Part shown: positions 8,881 through 18,480 of the stretch, one piece after another
Layout: each line of letters starts with the position of its first letter
Position numbering within the stretch: the stretch's first letter is position 1
NCBI GenBank assembly: GCA_964534175.1
Contig: CAZHNS010000002.1
Span: 11,863-75,862 of the forward strand
DNA from: an uncultured bacterium
Lineage (GTDB): Bacteria > Hydrothermota > UBA3072
Direction: 5' to 3'
Length of the DNA stretch: 64,000 nucleotides
Notes under the pieces: model-generated
What the model was told of the DNA's origin: nothing
Seen by the model: only the letters and a program-made list of their open reading frames with translations
Databases searched by the model: none
Program-made: the position numbers and the translations under genes

Positions 8881-10134
8881 ATGATTAAGATAGAAGGGGT
8901 AAAGAAAAGTTCCATTGCCGACAAACTCGGTGTAAAAGCCGGGAATCAACTTATTTCGATCGACAACAAAGAAATAAATGATCCCCTCGATCTTAAATTT
9001 TTTGAAACGGGGACTTTTCTAAATGTCGAAATTTCTGATGGAAATAAGACCCGCATTTACAATATCGAAAAAGAAGAAGCGGAGACCCTTGGCATAGAAC
9101 CTTCAGAGTTTAAAATGAAATTATGCAAGAACAACTGTATATTTTGTTTTGTCAATCAGAACCCAAGCGATGTTAGAAAATCCTTACTTGCAAAAGACGA
9201 TGACTACCGAATGTCTTTTCTTTATGGAAATTATCTTTCGCTAACAAATTTTACTGATGAGGACTTCGAACGAATCTCTGAATTAAAACTCAGTCCTTTA
9301 TACATTTCAGTTCACACAACAGACCCGAAAAAAAGAGTCGAGCTGATGAAAAATAAAAAAGCCGAAAGTATAAAGGATGATCTGAAATACTTAAGCGAAG
9401 GCGGAATCAAACTGCATACACAGATAGTTCTCCTACCTGGTGTAAACGACGGAGAATTTCTCCACGAAACAATAGAAGACCTTCTCTCTCTGGAAGGAGT
9501 GGAATCTATTGGCATTGTTCCTGTCGGATTGACTGCCCTGCGAGATGGCCTGCCTTATATCGAACCACCAACTCCAGAATGGATGAACGAAGCAATAAAA
9601 CTGGCCGAACCGTACCAAGAAGAAACAAAAAGAAAGACAGGAAAAACAATTGTTTATCTCGCGGATGAATTCTATATCAAAACAAACAATGATATTCCCC
9701 CTTCTAAATATTATGATGATTTTCCTCAATTAGAGAATGGGGTCGGGATGGCAAGGAAATTCCTGGATGGGGTGGAGTCTTTAAATGTACCTGATTTTGA
9801 CGGTAAAGTGCTTCTTGTCACAGGAACGCTTGCCCATAATCTAATAAAAAAACTTGCGAATAAATTCAAGGCGGCAGGGATAAAGACAAAAGTCATTTCT
9901 GTTAAAAATAGATTTTTCGGAGATTCTGTAGAAGTTGCTGCTTTACTAGGAGGATGGGATTTAATGGGTCTTCTTTCCGTAAAGGATTTTGAAATTGCAA
10001 TTTTGCCTCCTGATATCGTTAATAGAGAACAATTATTCATAGATGGTTGTTCTCTTGAAACCCTGAAAACAAACCTGCGTAAAAAGATAATCGTCAGCCC
10101 TTACAACGTCTTAGAGCTTGGGAATACCAAATGA
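8881..10134 (+). CDS. PDZ domain plus radical-SAM (CKNNCIFC) plus DUF512-type protein, co-operonic with der
   Basis: N-terminal PDZ-like segment, CX3CX2C motif; conserved position upstream of der. Confidence 0.6.
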   Translation: MIKIEGVKKSSIADKLGVKAGNQLISIDNKEINDPLDLKFFETGTFLNVEISDGNKTRIYNIEKEEAETLGIEPSEFKMKLCKNNCIFCFVNQNPSDVRKSLLAKDDDYRMSFLYGNYLSLTNFTDEDFERISELKLSPLYISVHTTDPKKRVELMKNKKAESIKDDLKYLSEGGIKLHTQIVLLPGVNDGEFLHETIEDLLSLEGVESIGIVPVGLTALRDGLPYIEPPTPEWMNEAIKLAEPYQEETKRKTGKTIVYLADEFYIKTNNDIPPSKYYDDFPQLENGVGMARKFLDGVESLNVPDFDGKVLLVTGTLAHNLIKKLANKFKAAGIKTKVISVKNRFFGDSVEVAALLGGWDLMGLLSVKDFEIAILPPDIVNREQLFIDGCSLETLKTNLRKKIIVSPYNVLELGNTK

Positions 10135-11396
10135 ATACTATAGCTATTGTAGGAAAACCAAATGTGGGTAAGTCCACGCTCTTTAACCGCCTCCTGAATA
10201 AAAAAAGTTCTATTGTAGATAAAAAACCCGGAGTTACAAGAGATAGGGTTTACGGTGTTGTGGAAAAAGATGGTAAACCCCTGATTTTAATTGATACAGG
10301 CGGGCTCCAGTTTTCAGACGACCCTCTTGAAACTCAGGTAAGGCAACAGATAAACTTTGCCCTGGAAGAAGCCGATATTGTTTTGTTGTTAGTAGACGGC
10401 AAAGAAGGTATTTCCTCTTTAGACAAAAAAATCGCTAATTATGTGAGGAAAGCTGCAGCTAAAAAAGCCCTGGTAGTAAACAAAATGGATAAAGGAAAAG
10501 ACTATAGTGTCTTCTCCGAGTTTGGGAAACTGGTACTCGACAACATTTTTCAAATCTCCGCTCAGCACAACCACGGGGTTCAAAATCTGCTTAATTGGAT
10601 ACTCTCAAATTGCGAAGAAGGAGAAATCGCAAAAGGGACCACAATTGGAATTATTGGAAAACCAAATACGGGAAAATCAACTTATGTTAATGCTATTATG
10701 GGGTATGAACGGACAATTACTAAAGAAGAACCCGGTACCACGAGAGACAGTACAAATTCCTATCTGGATTATAAAGGGAGGACAATTATTCTAATAGACA
10801 CAGCTGGGCTTAAGAAAAAATCTAAGTTAAAGGATTCTCTTGAATATTACTCATTCCTAAGGGCAATTAGAACAATTGAAGGATCCGATATAGTTTTTGT
10901 TTTGATTGATGCAACAAAGAAGGTAAGCAGACAGGATAAAAACATAATTAGATGGGCTATTGACCGAGAGACTCCCGCTATTATACTTCTATCAAAGTTT
11001 GACCTTGTACCTCAGAGCAAAACAAAAACAATTATGAAGTATTACGATAAAGAGCTTTCGATTTTCGAGTGGATTCCGAGAATAGCTATTTCGTCTTTAA
11101 AAATGCAGGGTATAGAAGAATCTTTATCTTCGGCTCTACAAGTCGTGGATAAATTGGAGAAAGAATACCCGAAACTTGAGTCTGTGGTGAGAAAAGCTAT
11201 TGATTACCGCCCTCCGCCCGGCTCAAGAAAAAAAGTCAAATTGTATTCTGTAAAACAGAATGGCGGAAAAATCATTTTGAATACGAACGAAAATAAAAGT
11301 TTTGATGAACAATACAAAAGATATCTGGAAAACAGAATAAGAAAGGAAATCGATTTAAAAGGAATTCCAATTTCATTAAAATTGGGAAGGGGGTAA
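10131..11396 (+). CDS. der: ribosome-associated GTPase Der/EngA (tandem GTPase domains plus KH-like domain)
   Basis: Two P-loops GKPNVGKST and GKPNTGKST, DTGG/DTAG, NKMD/SKFD. Confidence 0.9.
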   Translation: MNTIAIVGKPNVGKSTLFNRLLNKKSSIVDKKPGVTRDRVYGVVEKDGKPLILIDTGGLQFSDDPLETQVRQQINFALEEADIVLLLVDGKEGISSLDKKIANYVRKAAAKKALVVNKMDKGKDYSVFSEFGKLVLDNIFQISAQHNHGVQNLLNWILSNCEEGEIAKGTTIGIIGKPNTGKSTYVNAIMGYERTITKEEPGTTRDSTNSYLDYKGRTIILIDTAGLKKKSKLKDSLEYYSFLRAIRTIEGSDIVFVLIDATKKVSRQDKNIIRWAIDRETPAIILLSKFDLVPQSKTKTIMKYYDKELSIFEWIPRIAISSLKMQGIEESLSSALQVVDKLEKEYPKLESVVRKAIDYRPPPGSRKKVKLYSVKQNGGKIILNTNENKSFDEQYKRYLENRIRKEIDLKGIPISLKLGRG

Positions 11397-11402
11397 GTTT
11401 TT

Positions 11403-11981
11403 ATGTGGGAAACCCTAGCATTCATCGGTTCTTATTTTCTCGGAAGCATCCCTTTTGGTTACCTTGTAGGTAGAGTAAAAGGCTGCGATTTAAGAAAGGA
11501 AGGCAGCGGAAACATGGGGGCTACAAATGTTTTTAGAGTTGTAGGTAAAAAAGAAGGAATTTTCGTTTTTATTCTAGATTTCTTAAAGGGTTTCCTTCCT
11601 GTACTTTACTTTTCCGACATTTCTATCCCGGCAGGAATTCTTGCCCTTCTTGGCACAATCCTAGGACATATGACAACTCCGTTTCTGAATTTTAAAGGCG
11701 GAAAAGGAGTCGCTACAGGCTTTGGTGGAGTTGTTGCACTCATGCCTATACCCGCTCTCAGCGCTTTTGGTGTCTGGATTTTACTCGTTGTTATTTCAAG
11801 AAGAGTTTCGGTCGGCTCCCTGGGAGCAGCTTTATCTCTACCTGTTTTATATTTCTATCTATCCCATCCTATGATTAAGAGCGTATTTATCGTATCTATA
11901 GTGCTCGCGATTCTGGTTGTCATAGCGCACAGAAAAAACATAAGAAAACTTATCAAAAAAGAAGAAAAACCGATTTTTTAA
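11403..11981 (+). CDS. plsY: glycerol-3-phosphate acyltransferase PlsY
   Basis: GSGNMGATNVFR signature, polytopic membrane protein, follows der as in many genomes. Confidence 0.85.
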   Translation: MWETLAFIGSYFLGSIPFGYLVGRVKGCDLRKEGSGNMGATNVFRVVGKKEGIFVFILDFLKGFLPVLYFSDISIPAGILALLGTILGHMTTPFLNFKGGKGVATGFGGVVALMPIPALSAFGVWILLVVISRRVSVGSLGAALSLPVLYFYLSHPMIKSVFIVSIVLAILVVIAHRKNIRKLIKKEEKPIF

Positions 11982-11991
11982 AGGGGTAATT

Positions 11992-12957
11992 ATGATAAAA
12001 TGCGGAGTCATCGGTATAGGACATATGGGGAAACATCACACTCGTATCCTATCAGAGATGAAAAATACGAACCTCGTGGGAATTTCTGACATCGATGAGG
12101 AAAGCGGAAAAAAAACAGCAAAAAAATACAAATGTAAATTCTTCCGGGATTACTCGGATCTTCTAAAAGAAACAGATTGTATTATAATTTCTACTCCGAC
12201 TAGCACTCATAGAGACATCTCAATTAAAGCATTCAATACGGGGAACCACGTATTTATAGAAAAACCGATTTCGCTGGATTTAAAGGAAGCCGACGAAATA
12301 ATCAAAACCGGGAAAAAATCAAAGCTGCTTTTACAGATTGGACATATAGAAAGATTCAACCCGGCTATTCTTGCCGCGGAAAAGGTTGTTAGGAACCCTC
12401 TTTTCATTGAGGCACACCGTCTTTCTCCTTTCTACGGCCGAGGAATAGATGTTTCAGTTATTCTCGACCTCATGGTACATGACCTGGATATAATACTTAA
12501 AACAGTTAAATCTCCGGTAAAAAATGTGTCTGCAGCCGGAGTACCTGTGTTAACCGATAACATCGATATTGCTAACGCCAGACTTGAATTTGGAAACGGG
12601 GCAATAGCAAATATCACAGCTTCGCGAATTTCATTAATAAAAATTCGAAAAATACGCTTCTGGCAAAAATACTCATACGTTTCAGTTGATTCCTTAAATA
12701 AAAAAGTAAATGTTTTTCATAGAGAGTTAAAAAACGGAGAACCTGAAATAAATGAGGAAGAAGTTTACGTACGGGCAGAAGAACCTTTGTTTCTTGAGGA
12801 TAAATCTTTCATCGATGCCTGCCTGGGGAAAAACTCAGTCCAGGTCAAACCCGAAGAGGCAAGAAATGCCTTAGCTCTCGCCCAAAAAATTTTAGAAGAG
12901 ATAAAAAAACGAGCGAAAAAAGCAAACATTGAATTACCTAAGAAAAATGACAAATGA
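11992..12957 (+). CDS. Gfo/Idh/MocA-family NAD-dependent oxidoreductase (possibly sugar-nucleotide dehydrogenase acting in lipid A/LPS pathway)
   Basis: N-terminal Rossmann GVIGIGHMG; EKP motif; overlaps lpxB start (ATGA). Confidence 0.7.
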   Translation: MIKCGVIGIGHMGKHHTRILSEMKNTNLVGISDIDEESGKKTAKKYKCKFFRDYSDLLKETDCIIISTPTSTHRDISIKAFNTGNHVFIEKPISLDLKEADEIIKTGKKSKLLLQIGHIERFNPAILAAEKVVRNPLFIEAHRLSPFYGRGIDVSVILDLMVHDLDIILKTVKSPVKNVSAAGVPVLTDNIDIANARLEFGNGAIANITASRISLIKIRKIRFWQKYSYVSVDSLNKKVNVFHRELKNGEPEINEEEVYVRAEEPLFLEDKSFIDACLGKNSVQVKPEEARNALALAQKILEEIKKRAKKANIELPKKNDK

Positions 12958-14060
12958 AGATCTTATTTATAACCGGCGAGGCATCCGGAGATTTACACGC
13001 TTCTAATTTAATAAAATCTTTTAAAAAAATTAATCCCGCCATTAAATTTTACGGCATTGGCGGGAGAAAAATGAGGCAAGCCGGAACCGAAACAATTTTC
13101 CCCTCTTATAAAATAAGTGTTATTGGATTCAGTGAAGTTTTTTCAAAGCTATCGAATTTAAAAGAAGCAAGAAGGCAGATATTTCTCTTAATGAGAAAAA
13201 ACAAAATTGATTTCGCCGTTACAGTTGATTTTCCGGGATTTAATATTCCCCTGGCTCGTTCGCTTAAAAACAAGGGTATACCTGTTTTTTATTTCATCAC
13301 ACCTCAGGTATGGGCTTGGGGCAAATGGAGGAGCAAAAGCCTATCTAAATACTTTAAAGCCTTATTTGTTATATACCCTTTCGAGAAGAGTTTCTTTAAA
13401 AAAGAAGGAATAAACTCTTTCTTTCTGGGCAATCCTTTAGTAGAAATAGTAAAACCGCCAAGAGAACTAAAAAGAAAAGACCTCCCTTCCGGCAACCCTT
13501 TAATAGCAATCCTACCGGGTTCAAGGGAAACCGAAATAAAGAGGTTGCTCATCCCAATATTAAAGGCTTTTAGAATATTCAAGGGAAGTCATCCGGGAAG
13601 CGAAGCGGTTATTGCCCTGCATGAACAAAAACATATTAATCTAGTAAAAGAAGTCGGAAAAGAACGACTTAGAGATGTTAAAACTTTCCACGGGAAAACA
13701 TACGACATTCTTAAAATGGCAGATCTGGCAATCGTCAGTTCCGGAACTGCCACAGTCGAAGCCGGAATATTGGAAACGCCTATGGTAATAGTATATAAAT
13801 TATCATATATTTCCTGGATTATTTCAAGAATTCTAGCTCGGGTTAAACAATTCGGTCTTGTAAATATAATCTTCTCCGAAAAAGTAGTACCGGAACTAAT
13901 CCAAAAAGAAGTAAATCCCAGGAGGATTGCGAAAGAACTGGAAAATGTCTATAAAAACAGAGAAGAAATTTCAAAAAAATTAAAAATTTTAAAGCCATTA
14001 TTGGGCACTGAGGGGGCCTATGATAGGGTCGCTAATAAAATCCTTTCTATGGTTAATTGA
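12954..14060 (+). CDS. lpxB: lipid-A-disaccharide synthase LpxB
   Basis: N-terminal ITGEASGD motif and overall GT-B architecture. Confidence 0.85.
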   Translation: MKILFITGEASGDLHASNLIKSFKKINPAIKFYGIGGRKMRQAGTETIFPSYKISVIGFSEVFSKLSNLKEARRQIFLLMRKNKIDFAVTVDFPGFNIPLARSLKNKGIPVFYFITPQVWAWGKWRSKSLSKYFKALFVIYPFEKSFFKKEGINSFFLGNPLVEIVKPPRELKRKDLPSGNPLIAILPGSRETEIKRLLIPILKAFRIFKGSHPGSEAVIALHEQKHINLVKEVGKERLRDVKTFHGKTYDILKMADLAIVSSGTATVEAGILETPMVIVYKLSYISWIISRILARVKQFGLVNIIFSEKVVPELIQKEVNPRRIAKELENVYKNREEISKKLKILKPLLGTEGAYDRVANKILSMVN

Positions 14061-14607
14061 ACCTTTCTTAGCAGCTCTTTTAATACGAATATTAGGAGCA
14101 ACCTGGAAAATAGAATTTAAGGGATTATCTCTTATAAAAAAGTATTCTCCACGAATCTTTTATGTATTCTGGCATGAAAACATGTTGCCCCCACTATTTA
14201 CACACAGAGGAAGAAGAGTGGGGGTTATTGTTAGCCCAAGTAGAGACGGAGAACTTATGAGCAGAGTATTAAAGCTTTTCGGCTTTAAAGTCTTTCGAGG
14301 GGACACAAAATCGAAAGGCAGCCAAGCTTTGATAAAACTAATAAGATATGGCAATAAGGGTTTTGAAATCGCCATCACTCCAGACGGACCAGTAGGACCA
14401 AGGAGAAAAGCAAAAAAAGGTGTATTGTATATAGCTAGGAGATCCGGGCTGCCAATCTTTGCAGTATCAATTGAAGCTCATCCCTGTATTCGTTTCTCTT
14501 CCTGGGACAAATTCATGTTACCTCTTCCTTTTGCAAAAATTCGGATTTCGATGAAAGGACCCATAAAAAATCCGACTATTGAAACACTGGAGAATTATCT
14601 CTCATAA
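14020..14607 (+). CDS. DUF374/lysophospholipid-acyltransferase-like protein commonly linked to lipid A/Kdo genes
   Basis: SPSRDGE and ITPDGPVGPRR motifs; overlaps lpxB 3' end. Confidence 0.55.
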   Translation: MIGSLIKSFLWLIEPFLAALLIRILGATWKIEFKGLSLIKKYSPRIFYVFWHENMLPPLFTHRGRRVGVIVSPSRDGELMSRVLKLFGFKVFRGDTKSKGSQALIKLIRYGNKGFEIAITPDGPVGPRRKAKKGVLYIARRSGLPIFAVSIEAHPCIRFSSWDKFMLPLPFAKIRISMKGPIKNPTIETLENYLS

Positions 14608-14655
14608 AAAAGTTCATTACTAACACAACTATAACGGAAAATTTATTGATATCTA

Positions 14656-16437
14656 TCAGGAGTTTGAATCTTTAAATTGAATATCATAAAGTTTTCTATA
14701 CAAACCATTTTTTCGTAACAACGTCTCATGTGTCCCTTCTTCCAGGATACGGCTTTCGTTTAAAACAACAATCCTGTCCGCATTAATTACCGTTGAAAGT
14801 CTATGAGCAATTATTACCGCTGTTCTCCCATAAAGTAACTCCTCCATTGCATCTCGAATTAACTTTTCGGATTTTGCATCAAGAGAAGAAGTCGCTTCAT
14901 CTAAAATCAAAATCGGAGAATCTTTAAGCAAAGCCCTGGCAATTGCAATCCTCTGTTTCTCTCCACCGGAGATCCTTCCCCCTTTTTCTCCAATATGAGT
15001 ATTTAAACCCTGCGGCATACGCTCAATTAAATATTCTAAATGGCTTTTTTTAATAACCTCCTGTAATTCTTCCTCAGAAGCATCTATTTTCCCATATTTA
15101 ATATTATTCCTGATGGAATCATTAAATAATAACACATCCTGAGGTACCATGCCTATTTTACTGCGAAGGCTCCGAAGAGTATATTCTTTTACATCCTTTC
15201 CGCCTATCTCTACTTTACCTTCCTGCAAATCAAAAAACCTTGGAATAAGTTGAACCAGTGTCGTCTTGCCCGAACCTGAAGGGCCAACCAAGGCCAGCGT
15301 TTCTCCTTTTTTTATCTCTAAATTTATATTATTCAAAGCATAGCTTTTGCTATCATAAGAAAAGGAGACTCCGACAAATTTAATTGAAGATTTAAAAGAA
15401 TCAAAGGTAAGTTTCCCCGAATCTTTTATTGTTTCAGTTGCTTCAATTACCTCAAGGGCACTCTCAATAGAAGTTAACCCATGCTGAAGGTCACCATAGG
15501 CTAAATTTATCTGTCGGGCAGGCTGCTGAAGGAGAACTGCACAACCAAGAAACATGAGAAACTTATCGGGTGTTATAAACCCTTTAACAATCAAAAACCC
15601 TCCAAACACCAGTATAATACCCGCAAAAATTGCTCCTAAAAATTCTGATGAAACAGGCAATAGACTACCTATCAAATGGCTCTTTACGTAATTTTTCCGG
15701 TACTTATTCGATTCGTTCTTAAATTTATCGATTTCATATTTTTCCATACCAAACAACTTTATTATCCTTATCCCATAGAGCATCTCGGAAGCCAATGTAT
15801 TCAAAAAAGCTCTTTGCTTGCGAAGATTGGTGAATTGTCCACGAACTTTTTTCCCTATAAATTGCATAAAAAGAATAATAAAAGGAATAATTACAACAGA
15901 CACCAAAAACAATCTCCAGGAAGCCCATAAAGCTAATCCTAAATATACAAGCAGGAGGAAAAGGTTACCTCCAAGGTCCATAATCCCCCTCTTTAGTGCA
16001 AATCGTATTTTTTCCGTATCATTTGTGATTTGAGAAAGAAGAGTCCCAGAATGAATCTTTGAGTGAAACATGTAAGAAAGCTCAGTCAGCCTTGTAAACA
16101 TATCTACTCGTATATCAGCAATAGTCTTCTGTTCAAGAGTATCTGAAAGAAAATGCAGCAAAAGAGAAAAGGGAGCTTTTATTCCATATATTAGTACGAG
16201 AGAGAGCGCCAAACGCATTAGGGAATTAGTTCTTTCTCCGGACTTAATCCAATCGATAAGCCATCGCATAACACCCGGTCCGGCACTTGCATTTTTCTCA
16301 CCGAAAATTGCCGATACAATGGGGTTTATCATACCTATAGCAAATCCACTTAAAAGGGCTACGATTATCATAACAATTATAACCGCACTGAGTAAAGTCT
16401 TGTATTTAAAAAGATAAACCTTTAGTTTCTTTAACAT
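14656..16437 (-). CDS. msbA: ABC exporter, fused permease-ATPase, MsbA-like lipid A flippase
   Basis: 6 TM N-terminal domain; Walker A GPSGSGKTT, signature LSGGEKQRIAIARAL, Walker B ILILDEATSSLD; convergent with lpxB operon. Confidence 0.8.
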   Translation of the reverse strand: MLKKLKVYLFKYKTLLSAVIIVMIIVALLSGFAIGMINPIVSAIFGEKNASAGPGVMRWLIDWIKSGERTNSLMRLALSLVLIYGIKAPFSLLLHFLSDTLEQKTIADIRVDMFTRLTELSYMFHSKIHSGTLLSQITNDTEKIRFALKRGIMDLGGNLFLLLVYLGLALWASWRLFLVSVVIIPFIILFMQFIGKKVRGQFTNLRKQRAFLNTLASEMLYGIRIIKLFGMEKYEIDKFKNESNKYRKNYVKSHLIGSLLPVSSEFLGAIFAGIILVFGGFLIVKGFITPDKFLMFLGCAVLLQQPARQINLAYGDLQHGLTSIESALEVIEATETIKDSGKLTFDSFKSSIKFVGVSFSYDSKSYALNNINLEIKKGETLALVGPSGSGKTTLVQLIPRFFDLQEGKVEIGGKDVKEYTLRSLRSKIGMVPQDVLLFNDSIRNNIKYGKIDASEEELQEVIKKSHLEYLIERMPQGLNTHIGEKGGRISGGEKQRIAIARALLKDSPILILDEATSSLDAKSEKLIRDAMEELLYGRTAVIIAHRLSTVINADRIVVLNESRILEEGTHETLLRKNGLYRKLYDIQFKDSNS

Positions 16438-16564
16438 ATCTACATTTTAGTAAGAATAGAAGGAGAAAGCAAGAGCAAAAACTTACCCCCCACCCATCCT
16501 CCAGAATTAGCCACGAAGGCACTAAGACACAAAGAAGCACAATATTTCTTAGTATTTAATTTTA

Positions 16565-16747
16565 AATTGCAAGTTGGAAATTGCAAATTGTAAATTTTAA
16601 AAACAGAATAAGGAAGCAGATTATCAGGATTTTATTTTTATTTTTTCCTTGAACCCTGGAAACCTTGAAACCTCGAAACCTAAATTAATACAGAAACATA
16701 AAGCTTTTTCCTTCCTAACTTCCTAACATTCCAACCTCCTAACTCAC
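16565..16747. repeat. three distinct degenerate short tandem repeat arrays (aattgcaa-type, gaaacct-type, cctaac-type) in one spacer
   Basis: aattgcaagttggaaattgcaaattgtaaatttt; ccttgaaccctggaaaccttgaaacctcgaaacct; ttccttcctaacttcctaacattccaacctcctaactcac. Confidence 0.7.
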
Positions 16748-16762
16748 AAATCATAATATAAC

Positions 16763-16790
16763 TTGACACTCATAGCGTTTCACTTATATT
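16763..16790 (+). promoter_or_regulatory. sigma70-type promoter TTGACA-N16-TATATT
   Basis: TTGACA 16763-16768, TATATT 16785-16790. Confidence 0.5.
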
Positions 16791-16848
16791 GATAATATCG
16801 ATCTTGAAAAAATGTTTTGGATTTGTCGTATAAAAAGGAGATTTGTTA

Positions 16849-17541
16849 ATGAATAAAGTGAGGTTTAATATTTTTACTATCATTGGCTTATTCTTTTTGT
16901 TAGTTCCAACTATGCTATATGCACTTCCAACTGAAGGATCTCTAATCAAAGCCTGGGAAAGCTTTCAGCAAAAAGACCCCAAAACAATTATCTTTGAAAA
17001 GGTTTCTAAAAACCGCTACCATTTTAAAACTGAACGTTTCCCCTTTGATGGGGAATTAAAAATCTTAAACGTTACCGTGGATGAACAAGCCTCAAGTTTT
17101 GAGGGTGGATTTATACTTGGTGTAGTGGAAGTTGAGCTTCTCAATTTACCAAAGGACTTTTTGGAGAAATATTCCTACAGTTATTCTGCGTGGATGCAGG
17201 ATAATATACTATACTACGATACAGAGGAAGAAAAATGGTTGTCTGATGAGGAATATTACGGTAAAATGAAAGAAAAAATGCCTACTAATTTTCTCTTTGA
17301 TATTCTCAACTATCTTCCATTTTTATTCTTGCTTTTTATCATTGTCATTTTGATAATTGCCTTTAATGTACAACAAAAAAACAAAAGATACTTGAATTAT
17401 GCCTATGACTTGAGTGAAAAACAGATGCAATTAATAGAAAAATCACATAAACTCGCACAAAAAAGTAATAAATTACTCGCCGAGATACTGAAGGAATTGA
17501 AGAAGGGAAGAAAAAGAAATAAAAAAAACACAAACTGTTAG
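16849..17541 (+). CDS. hypothetical bitopic membrane protein (signal peptide/anchor, C-terminal TM, Lys-rich tail)
   Basis: ATG at 16849 preceded by AAGGAG; ORF track start 16843 is TTG. Confidence 0.5.
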   Translation: MNKVRFNIFTIIGLFFLLVPTMLYALPTEGSLIKAWESFQQKDPKTIIFEKVSKNRYHFKTERFPFDGELKILNVTVDEQASSFEGGFILGVVEVELLNLPKDFLEKYSYSYSAWMQDNILYYDTEEEKWLSDEEYYGKMKEKMPTNFLFDILNYLPFLFLLFIIVILIIAFNVQQKNKRYLNYAYDLSEKQMQLIEKSHKLAQKSNKLLAEILKELKKGRKRNKKNTNC

Positions 17542-17620
17542 TCTGTTGGTAGGTTAGTCAGTTGGGCTGTTTTTTAACCACCAACACACCAACCCACTAT
17601 CACCAACAAAATTAGTAACA
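17536..17620. repeat. imperfect palindromic GTTGG/CCAAC element (copy B), begins at stop codon of upstream gene
   Basis: tgttagtctgttggtaggttagtcagttgggctg-ttttttaa-ccaccaacacaccaacccactatcaccaacaaa; collinear homology with copy A. Confidence 0.6.
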
Positions 17621-17753
17621 ACAAATAGTACTAATAGCACGAATATTTTTATTGTTCTACTAAATCCCAATCACTAAATCCAAAATTCTAAGTATTGCCA
17701 CGGATTTACACGGATACGTATGGATTTTTTTTACTATTTAACTATTTCACAAT

Positions 17754-18287
17754 TTAACTATTTGACCTAGATTCGAAGAATCTATCGGCAGTTTTCCCGC
17801 TTACGTATTTACTGTCAACGAGGACTACTGATGTTTCGATTTGCCTGTCGGGAATATTCCAGTATTTTTCGAGTAAAAAATCTTTTTCTTCGGTTGATAC
17901 TAATCTATAACCGTGTTTATCGTAAAAACCTATCGCCCACTTTGCTGCAGCCCAGGTTCCGACTAAAACCGGTTTGTCGGTTTTAGTTTTTAAAAAACTC
18001 AACAATTTGCTTCCTATACCCTTATTTCTTTCCTTTGTTATAACGTAAGCATGCCTGATTAAAGTCACATCTTGGACATCTTGAATACCCATCACACCTA
18101 TTAGCTTCCCATACTCTTCGAATCCGTAAAAGTTGACACCGCTTGCGATTTCGCCTCTAAGGTGATCCTTATCCATGTAAGGCTTATGATAGCAATCTTC
18201 AGGTATGAAACCGTCATACGCTTTGGCGGCGTCGTTAATTATTTCATAGATTTCTTGAAAATCTTCTTCTCCGCATTTTCTTATCAT
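17754..18287 (-). CDS. GNAT-family N-acetyltransferase
   Basis: Acetyl-CoA binding motif RNKGIGSKLL; typical length. Confidence 0.75.
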   Translation of the reverse strand: MIRKCGEEDFQEIYEIINDAAKAYDGFIPEDCYHKPYMDKDHLRGEIASGVNFYGFEEYGKLIGVMGIQDVQDVTLIRHAYVITKERNKGIGSKLLSFLKTKTDKPVLVGTWAAAKWAIGFYDKHGYRLVSTEEKDFLLEKYWNIPDRQIETSVVLVDSKYVSGKTADRFFESRSNS

Positions 18288-18371
18288 TACATACCTATTC
18301 CCAAAAATATTATGCTATTTTTAATCTTTATGTCAAGCTACATTGTTTGCAGGTTCTACATGTGAGAAACA

Positions 18372-18404
18372 TAGCTGACAGCTGACAGCCGACAGCTGAC
18401 GGCA
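18372..18404. repeat. tandem degenerate repeat (agctgaca)x4
   Basis: agctgacagctgacagccgacagctgacggcag. Confidence 0.65.
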
Positions 18405-18446
18405 GAAAATCTCTGTGGTTAAAAATAGGGGTAGTGAGAAGGTTTC

Positions 18447-18474
18447 TTGACAGTATGTATGCTTTGCCTATATT
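18447..18474 (+). promoter_or_regulatory. sigma70-type promoter TTGACA-N16-TATATT ending 6 nt before ATG (leaderless mRNA candidate)
   Basis: TTGACA 18447-18452, TATATT 18469-18474, ATG 18481, no SD. Confidence 0.5.
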
Positions 18475-18480
18475 GAGATT

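Noticed and set aside
16565-16600. Sigma-54 promoter in ttggaaattgcaaattg
   Set aside because: GG and GC elements are not spaced by the required 10 nt and the flanking consensus is absent.
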